52,137 bases of DNA from Stramenopiles sp. TOSAG23-2 (Eukaryota). Made by a program: the position numbers and the translations under genes. Below the pieces are notes generated by a model. It was not told the origin of the DNA. It ran no database searches and saw nothing but the letters and a program-made list of their open reading frames with translations. Positions 31,798-43,511 of this stretch are shown one piece after another. The stretch spans positions 1 through 52,137 of the forward strand of contig LT649264.1 of the NCBI GenBank assembly GCA_900128395.1. The letters are read 5' to 3'. Each line of letters begins with the position of its first letter. The first letter of the stretch is position 1.

Positions 31798-32802
31798 ATG
31801 TCAAGTAATAATGAAAAAAAAAGTGTAAATAATGAGAGATCAACCGCTCAACAACGTAGGTTGAACAGTATCAAAAGGCATTTAACTGAAAGTGCAGCAT
31901 TAATTTTACCTTCAGCAAATGGTACTGGTTATGGAAGTGGTATTGAAAATCCATTAGAAGAAAATACAAACTTTGTCATGGATTATATTCGTGAAACTAA
32001 ACCAGAGAAATATTCAATGGTTGAATGGGAATTAAGATGTAAATTAGCTGTTGCATACAGAATAGCAGATTATTACAATTGGAAACAAGTGATATTTAAT
32101 CATATCACTGTACGTATTCCAGGTAGTGAAAAAGAAGAAAATGGACCATATTTTCTCATTAATCCATTAGGTTTACGTTTTAATGAAGTAACAGCGAGTT
32201 GTTTAATGACAGTCACAATAGATGGAGAAATAATTGACCAAGGCACGACTGATGGGACCTTGTTTAGACAAGGGTATGTCATACATTCTGCAATACATGA
32301 AGTGAGGCACGATGTAATGTGCTGCTGGCATTCCCATCAGCATGATGCGACGGCTATAGCTATGACAAAAGAAGGATTATTGCCTTTATCCCAGGAAGCT
32401 CTTGATATTTATCCACTGATAAAATACCATCCCTTCGAAGGCACAGCTAATTCATTAGATGAACGACCACGACTACAGAAAAGCTTAGGAAACGAAGCGT
32501 TAATTTTGGTATTGGAAAACCATGGCCCATGCGCTTTAGGACCTAATATTGAAACGGCATTTCACTTGATGTATTTTTTTTGCCGTTCTGCGACATATCA
32601 ACAAAGAGCATTAGCAGCTGTCGGTGGTGACATCTCAAGATTACATTTACCATCGAAAGAAAAAGTAGATCAAATGATAGCACGCGCAAAAACAGTAAAT
32701 TTCGCAGATGGAAGCGGTGTTGTTGCTGATCCTAAAGTTGAATTCCGTGCAATAGCACGAGTGATTGAAGAGAGAGATGGTCTTGACAATATTTATGTAT
32801 AA
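31798..32802 (+). CDS. Class II aldolase/adducin-family protein with N-terminal PTS2
   Basis: LRCKLAVAYR, IFNHITVR, FLINPLGLRFNEVTAS, IHSAIH..R.D, HSH, LLPLSQ, LVLENHG; RLNSIKRHL at residues 21-29. Confidence 0.92.
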   Translation: MSSNNEKKSVNNERSTAQQRRLNSIKRHLTESAALILPSANGTGYGSGIENPLEENTNFVMDYIRETKPEKYSMVEWELRCKLAVAYRIADYYNWKQVIFNHITVRIPGSEKEENGPYFLINPLGLRFNEVTASCLMTVTIDGEIIDQGTTDGTLFRQGYVIHSAIHEVRHDVMCCWHSHQHDATAIAMTKEGLLPLSQEALDIYPLIKYHPFEGTANSLDERPRLQKSLGNEALILVLENHGPCALGPNIETAFHLMYFFCRSATYQQRALAAVGGDISRLHLPSKEKVDQMIARAKTVNFADGSGVVADPKVEFRAIARVIEERDGLDNIYV

Positions 32803-33238
32803 AAAGCACAATAGTTTCATAACCACGGGTATATATATTATAATTATATATATGATATCGATATTGATAAAATAAAGATCATATCATATGCATTATGATA
32901 TCAATGCCATTATCAATGGCGTGTCGACCTGTCGATAAATTAATTTTTTAAAAAGACGTATATATATGTTTTGTCGCTCTCCATTTGAGATGGCCAGATG
33001 GGTCAATTTTTTCAAACAAATAAAATTTTTAAGACGCGAATTTACGTCACAAAATATGCATACGAACGACGTATACATATATTTTATGATATGCATATTA
33101 TATTTTTTACTGTATGATATGATAAGCTAAAATATTATTATTGATATTGTTTTTTAAATTTATAAAAATAAATGTTTAAATTTATACGAAGTATACTCCA
33201 GCATATACGTACGAAGCTTCGTATTAATTTTACGCACC

Positions 33239-36200
33239 CTATTTCCGTGCTCTAATTTTAATTTTCTCATGCAATGTCTTGCAGAATATACTTGCTTTAC
33301 CTTCCGGCCAATATCCGGTATCTTTAAGTGATGCAAAATTTATACCCACTAAATCATTGCCACCATCGCTATTCGCATTTTCAATATATTTTTTTATTTT
33401 TATAACATAATATTTCAAATAATGCACAACTTCCTGTTTGTTTTCAACAGGAACATGGTTCTTTAAGATATTTAATAAGTTATTTGCAATCATTTCTTCA
33501 CAATTTTCCATTCTTCGTAAACATTTGTAAAACTCTCCCGGATAAACCCAATCTACATTTGGCATCAATTTTGAACGATATTTATGAAGCAATGCACTTA
33601 TTTGTATGCATACATATAGAAGATTGATACTAATTTCATGATCAATTTTAATGGATTCAACTAAATGTTTGTTTGAAACATTTACCAAACTGGCCAACAG
33701 TGAATGTACTTGGTACTTGGTACTTGTAATTTTCTTTACATATTCAACAACTTTTATGTCGTCAGTATTTTCAATTCTGCTTTTACGATCATTTGCTACA
33801 AATAATTCAACAATATATTTAAATATTTCGACGCAATTCCCTGTTAATCTATGATCATACACCATGGTTTTTAAACTTGGAGTTAACCTCCTCTTCAATC
33901 CATATAACAAACCAGGATACTTCAAAATGTTTTCGATCAACGTTTTAGATCCTTCAAGATCCGTATCTTCGTCATCAATTACATTTTGAAAGATATATGA
34001 TAAAATAATCGAAGCATTTACGGCTATTCCCACAGGTAAATTACCACGCAGTAAAACCATTCCACAAATTTTAATAATATTTGATTCGAGTATAATTTGT
34101 CGTGTATATTTATACAATGCTAATGATCCTAAAATGGTAGAAAATTTAGTCATTAAAAGTTGCGGTATAGTTTTCTTATCATCAATCGAATTTGAAGTCG
34201 TTGGAGACTTTGCACCTTTCTTAGCTTTACCAAGATTATAAACACATTTCTCAAATATCCGAACAGCAAATTTACAAAAGTCTATCAATTGTTTTTCTCC
34301 AATTGAATTATTATTATTATTATTATCCTCTAACTTCTTGCTGTGCAAAGAATGAAATATACTTCGTGGCAGTTCATTTATTGGATCTTCTTTATGTATC
34401 AATTGTACGAAAATCGTTAAAAAAATAGTTGCATTTTCTTGTGTAAATGAAAATATCGACGCTGTAAAAAAGCAATAGGAAAGGTGTGGTGTGCCTTTAA
34501 TTTTAGCAATGCCACGGAAAATACTAGTTTCAAAATCTTTCATTTGTTTCGTTTTTGATTTCTTTAATACATTTTGTATTAATAATGCCCAGCTACCGAT
34601 TGTTTTTCGAAATTCAACTGGAATTATATTTTCTTGTTCCATTTGCTCTTCATTTGGCAACGTTAAATCAAAAATTTCGCAGAAAAGTGGCGTGGATCGC
34701 AAAATGATATTAAAGCCATTATTTGAATTTTCATTTTCATCAAATTGTAACAATTTTGTAAATGTTACTCTAATTTTACTCATGATGGAAAAAAATGCAT
34801 GGAAAGATCTTGCCATTCCATTTAAAGCGTATTTTTTAGTTATGCTTGAATCGATTTTCATAGATATAAAATCAGAGGCAATTACATTTACAAATTCTAA
34901 AAATTCCATTGTTAAATTTGATATTTCTTGTACAACAGTTATTGTATCATTACAATTATTAATAACTATATCATCGTGGTTTTTGTCTAAAATATTTATA
35001 TATGCATGTATTAATGAATTGCCCTTGGTTATAAGTGTATTTGTTTCTTTTCGTTTTTCATCATCTGCCTTATCAATATTTTGAAATTGATTTTTTAAAA
35101 ACATAAGTGCGCTTCGATATGAATGTGGCAAGACCTTGAATAAAAATGTCTTCTTATTCTCTTCTGTATTGTTTACATCGTCGTCTTGTAGCAAATAATT
35201 TTGTCCATTGATGTAAAAATTCAACATGCTATTTTCAAGCTCCTTCGTTTCTTCGATATTGTGGACGGAACTACCAGCTTCGAGTTGAGACATGGAGGTA
35301 TCCATAGGACATATCATAGATAAGCAATGCAAGGATATATTTTTCTTTTGCACCGATGTTAATTCCATTGATAAATATAAATGAAGCAATATACTGGCAC
35401 CAATTTGATGTTGAACAGTGATAAAATCAACGTCTGCGCTTAAAACTTCTTGGATATCGGATAAAATACTGTCATATGCTATGAATGGGATTTTTCGATC
35501 GTTTATTTTGTTGTTATTAAAGTAATATTCAAGGCGATCGCATAGTTCTGAATGTGATTTGGAATTGCGAATATAATTTGGTAAAACCCGTGTGTCCACA
35601 TCCGCTGGATTTACATCTTTTGAAGTTATCGTCGATATTTTTTCAGGTTTACTGCTACTTCTGTCTTCATCGGTAATAGTTTCTTTAGATTCATTTACAT
35701 CGTCACTTTCTATTAAATCGATTACATTGTATATATTAATTTCCGGCATTTCTACATCTCTTTCTTCTTCTTGTTCATCATGTACCGTATCCACTGGTAT
35801 ATTATTATTATCGCTTTGTTTTGTTGGATTTTTCAATCTATTGTTTGTCATTTTTGTTCGTTTCAATGAATTTTCTTTTTGGTTTCTTTGCATCGCATTT
35901 TTTTTTCGTTTATCCTTAGATGTTGAAGCAATCTTATTTTTCTTAGTATTATTAGAATTGCTGCCATCATTGACATTGTTTTGAGATAATACAGGAACAT
36001 TTGGTACCAATGGTATTACGATAGGTGGTTGATCTTGCACTTTTATTACGTTTTTATTCATATTATTTTGTTCAATTTTCAATACAAAATTATATATTTT
36101 AAAAGCAAATTGACTAACACAAATATTTTTTTCGTTGCTTGTTTGTTTATCTATCCAAGACGGAGAGAGATTATTATTGTTACTTTTCAAAATATTCATA

Positions 36201-36943
36201 CTTTCTTCTTGAATTTTTAAAAAGCATAATTTTTCTCCATTTGTTAACGTCAATTTGTTGCCATTATTATTATTCTCAAGTTGAAATATAAATTTACAAA
36301 CAATGTTTTCAAGTATTGTTGAGTTCAGGACGATTGAATAAAAATTTAAAATTGCAGTCGTTTGTTTTTCTTCACTTTGCAATGTAAATATAAATTTGAA
36401 GAAAAGATCAAGTATTAACTTCTTTTTATTTTTATTTGTTGCTAGTAAAAAATATAATGGGCAATACTTTGGACTATCGCGATGATTAGTTTTGACATTG
36501 ATGCCATCAATCCACAACGAACATAAAAAATCGTTACTAGTATTATTGTGGTTATATATTGTTTCTATATCTAAATTATAATATAAAACACTATAAAATG
36601 GATGACTCTTGGTAAATATAGAACGAATATGATTTTCCTCTTCTGTTGCTAGCAGTATTGGCCCTAACACCAAGTTCATATCAGCAGCATTGGTTCGAGC
36701 CTCTGTTACAAAAGACGATATTAAATTTAAAATTTGTTGACACGTTAGTTTAGAAATGATTGTAAATATTAAACTCCATTTTTTAGTATCATTTTGTTTT
36801 GGCATATTACTATCAAATGCATTTAATACTTCTTCAACAGAATAGTTTGGTATTTCATCTTCCCAATTCAATTGTTTTGTTAGTGGCGGTACAGATGATA
36901 GCATCGACGACGAAGAGGTGGATAATTTATTATTGGTTTCCAT
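33239..36943 (-). CDS. Hypothetical 1234-aa protein (disordered middle, possibly helical-repeat C-terminus)
   Basis: Long uninterrupted ORF with coding-like composition; no family recognised. Confidence 0.75.
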   Translation of the reverse strand: METNNKLSTSSSSMLSSVPPLTKQLNWEDEIPNYSVEEVLNAFDSNMPKQNDTKKWSLIFTIISKLTCQQILNLISSFVTEARTNAADMNLVLGPILLATEEENHIRSIFTKSHPFYSVLYYNLDIETIYNHNNTSNDFLCSLWIDGINVKTNHRDSPKYCPLYFLLATNKNKKKLILDLFFKFIFTLQSEEKQTTAILNFYSIVLNSTILENIVCKFIFQLENNNNGNKLTLTNGEKLCFLKIQEESMNILKSNNNNLSPSWIDKQTSNEKNICVSQFAFKIYNFVLKIEQNNMNKNVIKVQDQPPIVIPLVPNVPVLSQNNVNDGSNSNNTKKNKIASTSKDKRKKNAMQRNQKENSLKRTKMTNNRLKNPTKQSDNNNIPVDTVHDEQEEERDVEMPEINIYNVIDLIESDDVNESKETITDEDRSSSKPEKISTITSKDVNPADVDTRVLPNYIRNSKSHSELCDRLEYYFNNNKINDRKIPFIAYDSILSDIQEVLSADVDFITVQHQIGASILLHLYLSMELTSVQKKNISLHCLSMICPMDTSMSQLEAGSSVHNIEETKELENSMLNFYINGQNYLLQDDDVNNTEENKKTFLFKVLPHSYRSALMFLKNQFQNIDKADDEKRKETNTLITKGNSLIHAYINILDKNHDDIVINNCNDTITVVQEISNLTMEFLEFVNVIASDFISMKIDSSITKKYALNGMARSFHAFFSIMSKIRVTFTKLLQFDENENSNNGFNIILRSTPLFCEIFDLTLPNEEQMEQENIIPVEFRKTIGSWALLIQNVLKKSKTKQMKDFETSIFRGIAKIKGTPHLSYCFFTASIFSFTQENATIFLTIFVQLIHKEDPINELPRSIFHSLHSKKLEDNNNNNNSIGEKQLIDFCKFAVRIFEKCVYNLGKAKKGAKSPTTSNSIDDKKTIPQLLMTKFSTILGSLALYKYTRQIILESNIIKICGMVLLRGNLPVGIAVNASIILSYIFQNVIDDEDTDLEGSKTLIENILKYPGLLYGLKRRLTPSLKTMVYDHRLTGNCVEIFKYIVELFVANDRKSRIENTDDIKVVEYVKKITSTKYQVHSLLASLVNVSNKHLVESIKIDHEISINLLYVCIQISALLHKYRSKLMPNVDWVYPGEFYKCLRRMENCEEMIANNLLNILKNHVPVENKQEVVHYLKYYVIKIKKYIENANSDGGNDLVGINFASLKDTGYWPEGKASIFCKTLHEKIKIRARK

Positions 36944-37937
36944 AGTTTTGATGTTATCTTAATCTATATATATATATAGAAGATGAAATTTGATTTTACG
37001 ACTTTTTTATTATTTTTTTTTTCTTCTTCTTTTGATTGAAATTTGAAATGTGCATGCATGTGTGCATGTGCATATATGCAAAAAAGATGTTTATTATTAT
37101 GATATATGATGTGCAAAAAAGGCTGGGCCCAGGCGGCCCGGCCTCAAAAAAAATTTATGAGGCCAGGTGTCTTTAGAGTACCATTATTTATGCTTACATG
37201 GTCTTTATCCCTATCAAATATTGGTGAGTCCGTGAGGCATAGTATTATTTTTAAAAATTGTATAAAATACAGACGTCTTCATCTGTTTTTCATTTCCTAT
37301 CATATTTATACTTAACCTAGTCCTTTTCATATACTCAGTATATTTGTAGTGTTTGATATATTTGATAGGACAAATTAGGTATTTTTTGTACTTGAGAGAG
37401 CAAACTGTATTTTTTGATACCAAAAATGTCAGTCTTACTAATATATTAATATATTAGTATTATGACAACAAGCAAAAAAGAACCTATATTACATATAAGA
37501 TATATACATATTACATGCCAATATGATTAAAAATGAAATGGAAAGTATTAAAACATTGTTTATAAATGGAAAGGTAAAGGAGAGAAATGAAGTGAAGGTA
37601 CCGAAATTTGTTAATGAAAAATTTACATCATTACCAATATTGCTACGACCTATCAATAATTGGGAAGATTTGATGTCTACATGTTGATATTGTATGATAT
37701 TATTTGATATATTTGGTTCTGAATATAGGATTATATATAAGTAAATGCTATATTATAGGATAAATATTGTCAAAGATGATGATAATGGCAAGATGCATGA
37801 GTATTGAAACTAGTTTTGATGTATAGTATGTATATGATACATAGTGTTTTTTGTTAGGCCTAACGACTTGCATTCCGCTCCCTGTGGGAGATTATGGTGC
37901 TTAGTATTTTTCACCCTAGGTTTATTTAGTGTTAAAA

Positions 37938-37962
37938 GTAGGGTTCTGAGTTAGGGTTAGGG
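37938..37962 (+). repeat. Short interstitial telomere-like TTAGGG patch
   Basis: GTAGGGTTCTGAGTTAGGGTTAGGG: two perfect TTAGGG units at 37951-37962 plus one degenerate unit. Confidence 0.7.
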
Positions 37963-38869
37963 CAGAGTGTGCCATCTATGAAACAGAAGTTATAAAAGAA
38001 GCTAAAGCGTGGTACGTGTAGGAATTAATCATAATTTAAGTACGAGTAAAAATTAAAAATAAATTCATTGATGATATGTTGTTGTTAAATTAGGTGGATT
38101 AAATATTTTATATTTCGTGCTTTCAATTATTATTTGATCATTTCCACCCCCAACAAGTCCTGTTAATGGTGATAATCGAATTACTAATTTTCCGTTTAAA
38201 TAACCCGCATATTTCGATCCACTTCTAGTGACACTATTTAATACAACTTTGTATGGTTCATATATGATATTGTACGATATTAACACCTAGACCATTGACT
38301 AATTGCGAACCTAATTGTTCAAATCCATCGGATAACATGTATATATATATTAAAAATAATATTTCTGTTTCAATATTGATACAACTCAATGCTTTGAACA
38401 CAAAGATATTTGTATGCTATATATGTTTGGTACAGTATATATGTATAAATGAATTATTGCTAGTCAAAATTTGTACAGATGCGCATATTTATATGTGTTT
38501 TCTTCTATTTCTTAACGAAAAAAATTGTGGTGAGGCCCGTAGTTTTGTGCCGAGTGTCGATTATTATTCTTATATTTGGGATTTTAAGGTCATATAATAT
38601 TCTATTAATACCTTATTATATAAACTTTTAACCAAAAGATTTTTTTGCTTTAACTTATCTCGGCAGCAGAGAAAAACGTTAGTAAAATTAAAATAGTGGG
38701 TGCAGTGATAAAAAGCTAAAGCTTATAATATACTAGTCTACAGAGGTTAAAAAAAACATAAGAACAATGTTAGAAAAGAAGAAAGGTAAATACATTACAT
38801 ATACATATCAGTAATAGATATCAATATAATCGCGCAAAAATATATATATAATCATTTTGTTAACAAATT

Positions 38870-41800
38870 ATGTCGTTTTCAAAAGTAACATATGATACCA
38901 GAAGAGCAGAAGCGATTGCCCAAGAACAACTGGAAAAACAAAGGAAACTATCTGAAATTAATAAAAAAATGGCCAAAATCGAAAAAAGAGAGAAACATAT
39001 TAAAAGAAAACATGAAGAATTAATTAGTAATAGGCAACAACGTAGATTATCTGAAATGGCTCCAGCAAAGCAAATCAGTGGTTATTCATCTTTTGGTAAA
39101 GCAATAAGTCCAAAAAATGCAACAAAAGCATCTGTAGGTACATTTGGATCATCTGAAAAAAAAACTGCATCACCTCTGTCACCAACGAATAATAAGAGTA
39201 ATAATAATAATTCCCCATCGACACCAATAGTAAAATCTCAACCGCGGCGTAGAACCGTTACATTGCAAGAGCTGGAAAAGATACAAAATTTGGTTGGAGT
39301 AGATCCCGCAAATGCGATAAGAAGACAAAATGCACAAGCTCGTATTGCAGAAAAGTTAAATGCATCACGTCGTGCTTCGTCAGTTATGAAAAAAAAAATA
39401 AGTGAAACACCACCTGTAAATAAGATAAATACTACGAAGCGATACAGCATGAGCGCACGTAAAGCAGTCGATTACTCCGTGAAAACAAATACTGCAGCAA
39501 CGAAGGCCAAGAATGATCGAAGAAGGAGTGCTTTTGTAAGACGGGCACCAAGTGGTTTAATGAGTAATAAAGTAAAACGTGGTTCATTTTCAAAGGGTAG
39601 AAATATGAAACTTGACAATAATAATAACAAACGAAGAATGTCTACATATATTCCCAGTAAATTGAAACAAAATGGTGATATCGTAAAAGATAATGGAAGT
39701 AATAACGATACATCAAACCAAATCAATTACAATGAAGCAAATTCTATGACGGCGAAAGATATCAATCGCTTGCGTCAACATGCTGTCTCTAAAGCTATAT
39801 CATATGAAAAATTAGGGGTTACGGATAAGAAAAGAAAATCAAGCACAAAAATGACAGAAATCGAAAGAATGCAATTTCGTTTAAAGGAAAGCTATGAATT
39901 AATTGATCAATTATCTGAACAACTGATGCCTTTCCTACAGCAAAGCGAGCGAATGGGAATATTGCCTAAAAGCAATGATAGTGTTAATAGTAATATCACA
40001 AAGAAAAACGTAAAACAAAATACCAAAAAATCAAATAATAGCTCTGGTGGTGGAGAAACAACTCCAGCATATCGTATCATTGAAATACGTGGATTACGTC
40101 AACGTGTGCAAACGTTAGAAGATGCCGTATTAGCCAAAGAGCGTCAGATCAATCACTGGAGGAAAATAGCAGAAAATGCACAAAATTCAGAGAGTAAGTT
40201 ACTCTTTTTGATGTCCTTCTTTCTCCCTTTCCCCTCCAAATAACTATCTATATCTTTCAATATGTAAAACTAACATTTTCTTTTGTATATTGTTTTGTTA
40301 ATTTTGCAGGTTTGACAGGTCCAGAACGAAAAAATCAAAGTATAATGGCGAATAAACTACAAATAACGGAGGAACAAAATAGGGAAATGATCAAACTTAT
40401 GGATGATCTAAATGATCGTTTGGAAGAAAAAGAGCATATAATTGAAACATTAAAATCTCAAGCAAAAAGTGTAAGCTCATTAATGAAAGAAATTAAAAGA
40501 TTAGAAAAAATAGCTGGAAGAAAATCATATCAAGAAAGTTTGCAAGCACAGAATGAAGTGACAAGTATGCGATGTGCAGAATTAGAAACAAAAATAAGCA
40601 AAATAATATCTGAAAATGCATTGTTAAACGAAACTATACAAGCGTTAACTGAGAAGCATGGAGCATTGGATGAAATGCAACTTTATATGGAAAAAGAACG
40701 AGAACATTTTGAGAACGAGTTAGAAGAGAATAAGTTAAAATTCGAAAAACAAAAAGAATTGGCAAATGTTGAAATAGAAAAATTACATTTAAAAGCACAG
40801 CAAGAGAAAGATGAGGCCAAAAAATTACATGATGAATTCATAGAAACTTCAAAAATGGAACATGAAAAATGGATCGCTACTTCAATTGCATCGTATCAAG
40901 AAGATCTCAATCAAAAGAGAAATGAAGATGAAAAAAATTTGCAAAAAGAACTTTTAAAGAAAAAACATGAACATGATAAGAAATTAGCGAAGGAACTTAT
41001 AGATCATCAAATGACACTATCTAGGAAGGAGACTGATCATGAATTAAAATTATCAAAACGTGTAAATGAAATAAATGATAAAATATCCAAATCGTTGGAG
41101 GACCATGAACGATCATTAGAAGAAAGTAAGAAACAGCATGATGAAAAGTTACAAGCAGAAATGGAAACACATGCACAAGTATTAGAAGAATTCAGTTCAG
41201 AACATGCAGAAAAAATTGAAAACGTTCGAAACGAGCATGAAGAAAAATTAATAAAAGAAATCGATGAACATAAATCCAAATTAAAGGAGGATGAAGAAGC
41301 AATGCGTAAAAAAATGGATGAGGAATTTTCAGCAAAGAAAAAGGAATTTGAAAAATGGGTGGAAACACAAAAATCACTGAATGAATTAAAACGTTTAAAA
41401 GAGGAAAAAGCAATGGATGATGAAATAAAATTTCAAAAAGTAAAAGTTGAAGATGAATTGAAATGTCTTCGAGAAGCACAGGAAGGTGTATTGCAGGCAG
41501 AGAGAGAATTGTGTGAAAAACGAAATGATGAAGAAATATTGCGATGTCAGCATCATGCAAAACAAATAATAGATGAAGCAAATGATTTAAAAGAAAAAAT
41601 AGTCAAGGAAAAAGAAGCACATGAAGAATGGTTGAAATCATCAAAAGTAACACATGACATTACTATGATGGAAGAACGTGAAAAGGAGTCTAAGCGCATG
41701 AAGGAAGAACGTGACAAGCAGACATTAAATTTAGCCCAAGAAAAAGAAGAGCATCGAAAAATGTGTGAATCAATACAAATGATAACGTATAAAAATTTGG

Positions 41801-42453
41801 AATTGGAACGAGAAAAAATAAAGAACGAATGGGATAGAATTGAAGCAAATAAAAAACAAGGATTTGGTGGTTTTGTCTCTGCAGCTATTGACAGTGTAGT
41901 AGAGGAGACTGATAATAATGTACTGGTTGAAACTGATAATATTTTGGATGATCTTAGCATAAGCCGTCGTAGTAATAATCCATTTGCAATGGTAGATGAA
42001 TCGTTGAAAAAATCCCAAAGCAATTACCATACAGCAATTTCCTCATTGGAATTATTAGCATCTAAAGATATACAATATTACAACGGAAACAGTAATAACA
42101 ATAGTTTAAACAAAAGCCAATCGCCATTAAAATCCAGTCATTTGGAATCGATTCAGCAGCAGCAACAACAAATACCAAGGACTTTCGGCAATAGTCTTGG
42201 TAGTACTTTCAATAGTCCTGCCAGAAGCAATACGCAGCGTATGGTGAGTCCAAATCGACAACAAGAACACGATGATGATGTAGAAGATTGCATAGTATTA
42301 GAAGTTGACACTGCAAATGGCGGGACTGAGGAATTACGACTCTTTAAGAGTAATAACCCTAGGAAACAATTGGAAACATTTGCCAAGAAACATAATATGA
42401 GTAATGGACAAGTTCGTACAATACTTGATTATATAAATTCCAGATTTGCATGA
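38870..42453 (+). CDS. Large coiled-coil protein, two exons (38870-40193 + 40310-42453; 1155 aa)
   Basis: The 457-aa and 713-aa ORFs join in frame (...NSE-S-LTGPERK...) across a canonical intron. Confidence 0.85.
40194..40309 (+). other. Spliceosomal U2-type intron (116 nt, phase 1)
   Basis: GTAAGT donor at 40194, ACTAAC branch point at 40269-40274, T-rich tract, TTTTGCAG acceptor ending 40309; removal restores the frame. Confidence 0.9.
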
Positions 42454-42648
42454 GAGAGATATTTTAATAGTTTTTACTCTTTTACGACGAGAGATATGAT
42501 TTTCAAATTAAAATTTATAACGTTATTTATCTATGCTTACATTCTTGGTTCATATTACTCGTATATTGTATATTTTATAAAAGAAAAATTTATATTTTAC
42601 CCTCCGTAGGTGAATTTCTCCCCTCTCTCTCTTCTTTTTTTTCAGTTT

Positions 42649-42969
42649 TTAAATACTTATTGGTACTACTCCTATCATATTATATATTGTAAAATTCTGC
42701 TGATCATTATTATTTATTATGCTACCCTTGCAACTTGATATTATTGAATCCATGTTTTTGTTACTATTATTAAAGTCAAATGTTGGCAGAATAAACGAAG
42801 ACTTGCTATTCAACGTATTTACTGCCATAGAAGCTGCCCCTGTAGTTGTATGGAAACCCTGCCTTTGTTTATGACGTGGATTTTTCTTACAAATGACAAA
42901 ATTTCTACCACGCCTTTTAACTATTTTACAATGTTTACATAATCTTTTAATGGCAGATTTTGTTTTCAT
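42649..42969 (-). CDS. MRPL36: Organellar (probably mitochondrial) ribosomal protein bL36 with C-terminal extension
   Basis: [38 protein letters not shown] zinc ribbon followed by 68 extra residues. Confidence 0.9.
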   Translation of the reverse strand: MKTKSAIKRLCKHCKIVKRRGRNFVICKKNPRHKQRQGFHTTTGAASMAVNTLNSKSSFILPTFDFNNSNKNMDSIISSCKGSIINNNDQQNFTIYNMIGVVPISI

Positions 42970-43511
42970 GATTGTTTTTTAAGTATTTCAGTGTAATGTT
43001 TCTTTCCACCTTGTATATTCACTCTCACTTCTACCTATAATTGTTGCAATAACTTGTTCAGAACTTTAATACAACTGTTTGTTTTCATATATGTCTCCGT
43101 CGCTATACATATGTTATGTATTTGTTTTTTCTGAGTAGTGTTGCTAATAATGGTGTGGTTTATTCATTTAGTTGCTTTAGTAGTAAATTAAAATAATAAA
43201 AAGTGCAAAACTTGTTCTTTTTTTTTTTAGATTTTAACCTTATTATTATTATTGTGATGTCGTCAGCCTTTCGATTTTCGATTATCCCATACAATAGTAT
43301 TACCATGTTATTATAAGGTAGCAAATACAATTCAATACTATAATACTAATAATATAGACGTTGGTTTTGGAATTTTTACTATTACTACCTTTATTGCGCG
43401 AAACAGACTATTGTATAGAAATATATATGCATACTCCCATATCATTTTCAAAGTATTGTTTATTAACATACGTAACATACCAATTGCACCCATAAAGTTA
43501 TTAAAACCATC

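Noticed and set aside
28807-32802. SDR + HAD phosphatase + class II aldolase as a sugar-catabolism cluster
   Set aside because: Predicted localisations differ (unsignalled, secretory, peroxisomal), the SDR is RDH-like, and adjacency alone is not evidence.
34491-35984. Antisense ORFs (197 aa, 130 aa) inside the 1234-aa gene, and similar ones in the channel, coiled-coil and secreted genes
   Set aside because: F/S/L-rich mirror translations of charged sense sequence.
37944-37960. Minus-strand CTAACCCTAACTCAGAA resembles the human telomerase RNA template region as I recall it
   Set aside because: Beyond the repeat itself only about 5 bases match, and flanks show no similarity; not evidence of homology or contamination.
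38870-42453. Two separate genes as given in the ORF track
   Set aside because: A canonical intron joins them in frame.
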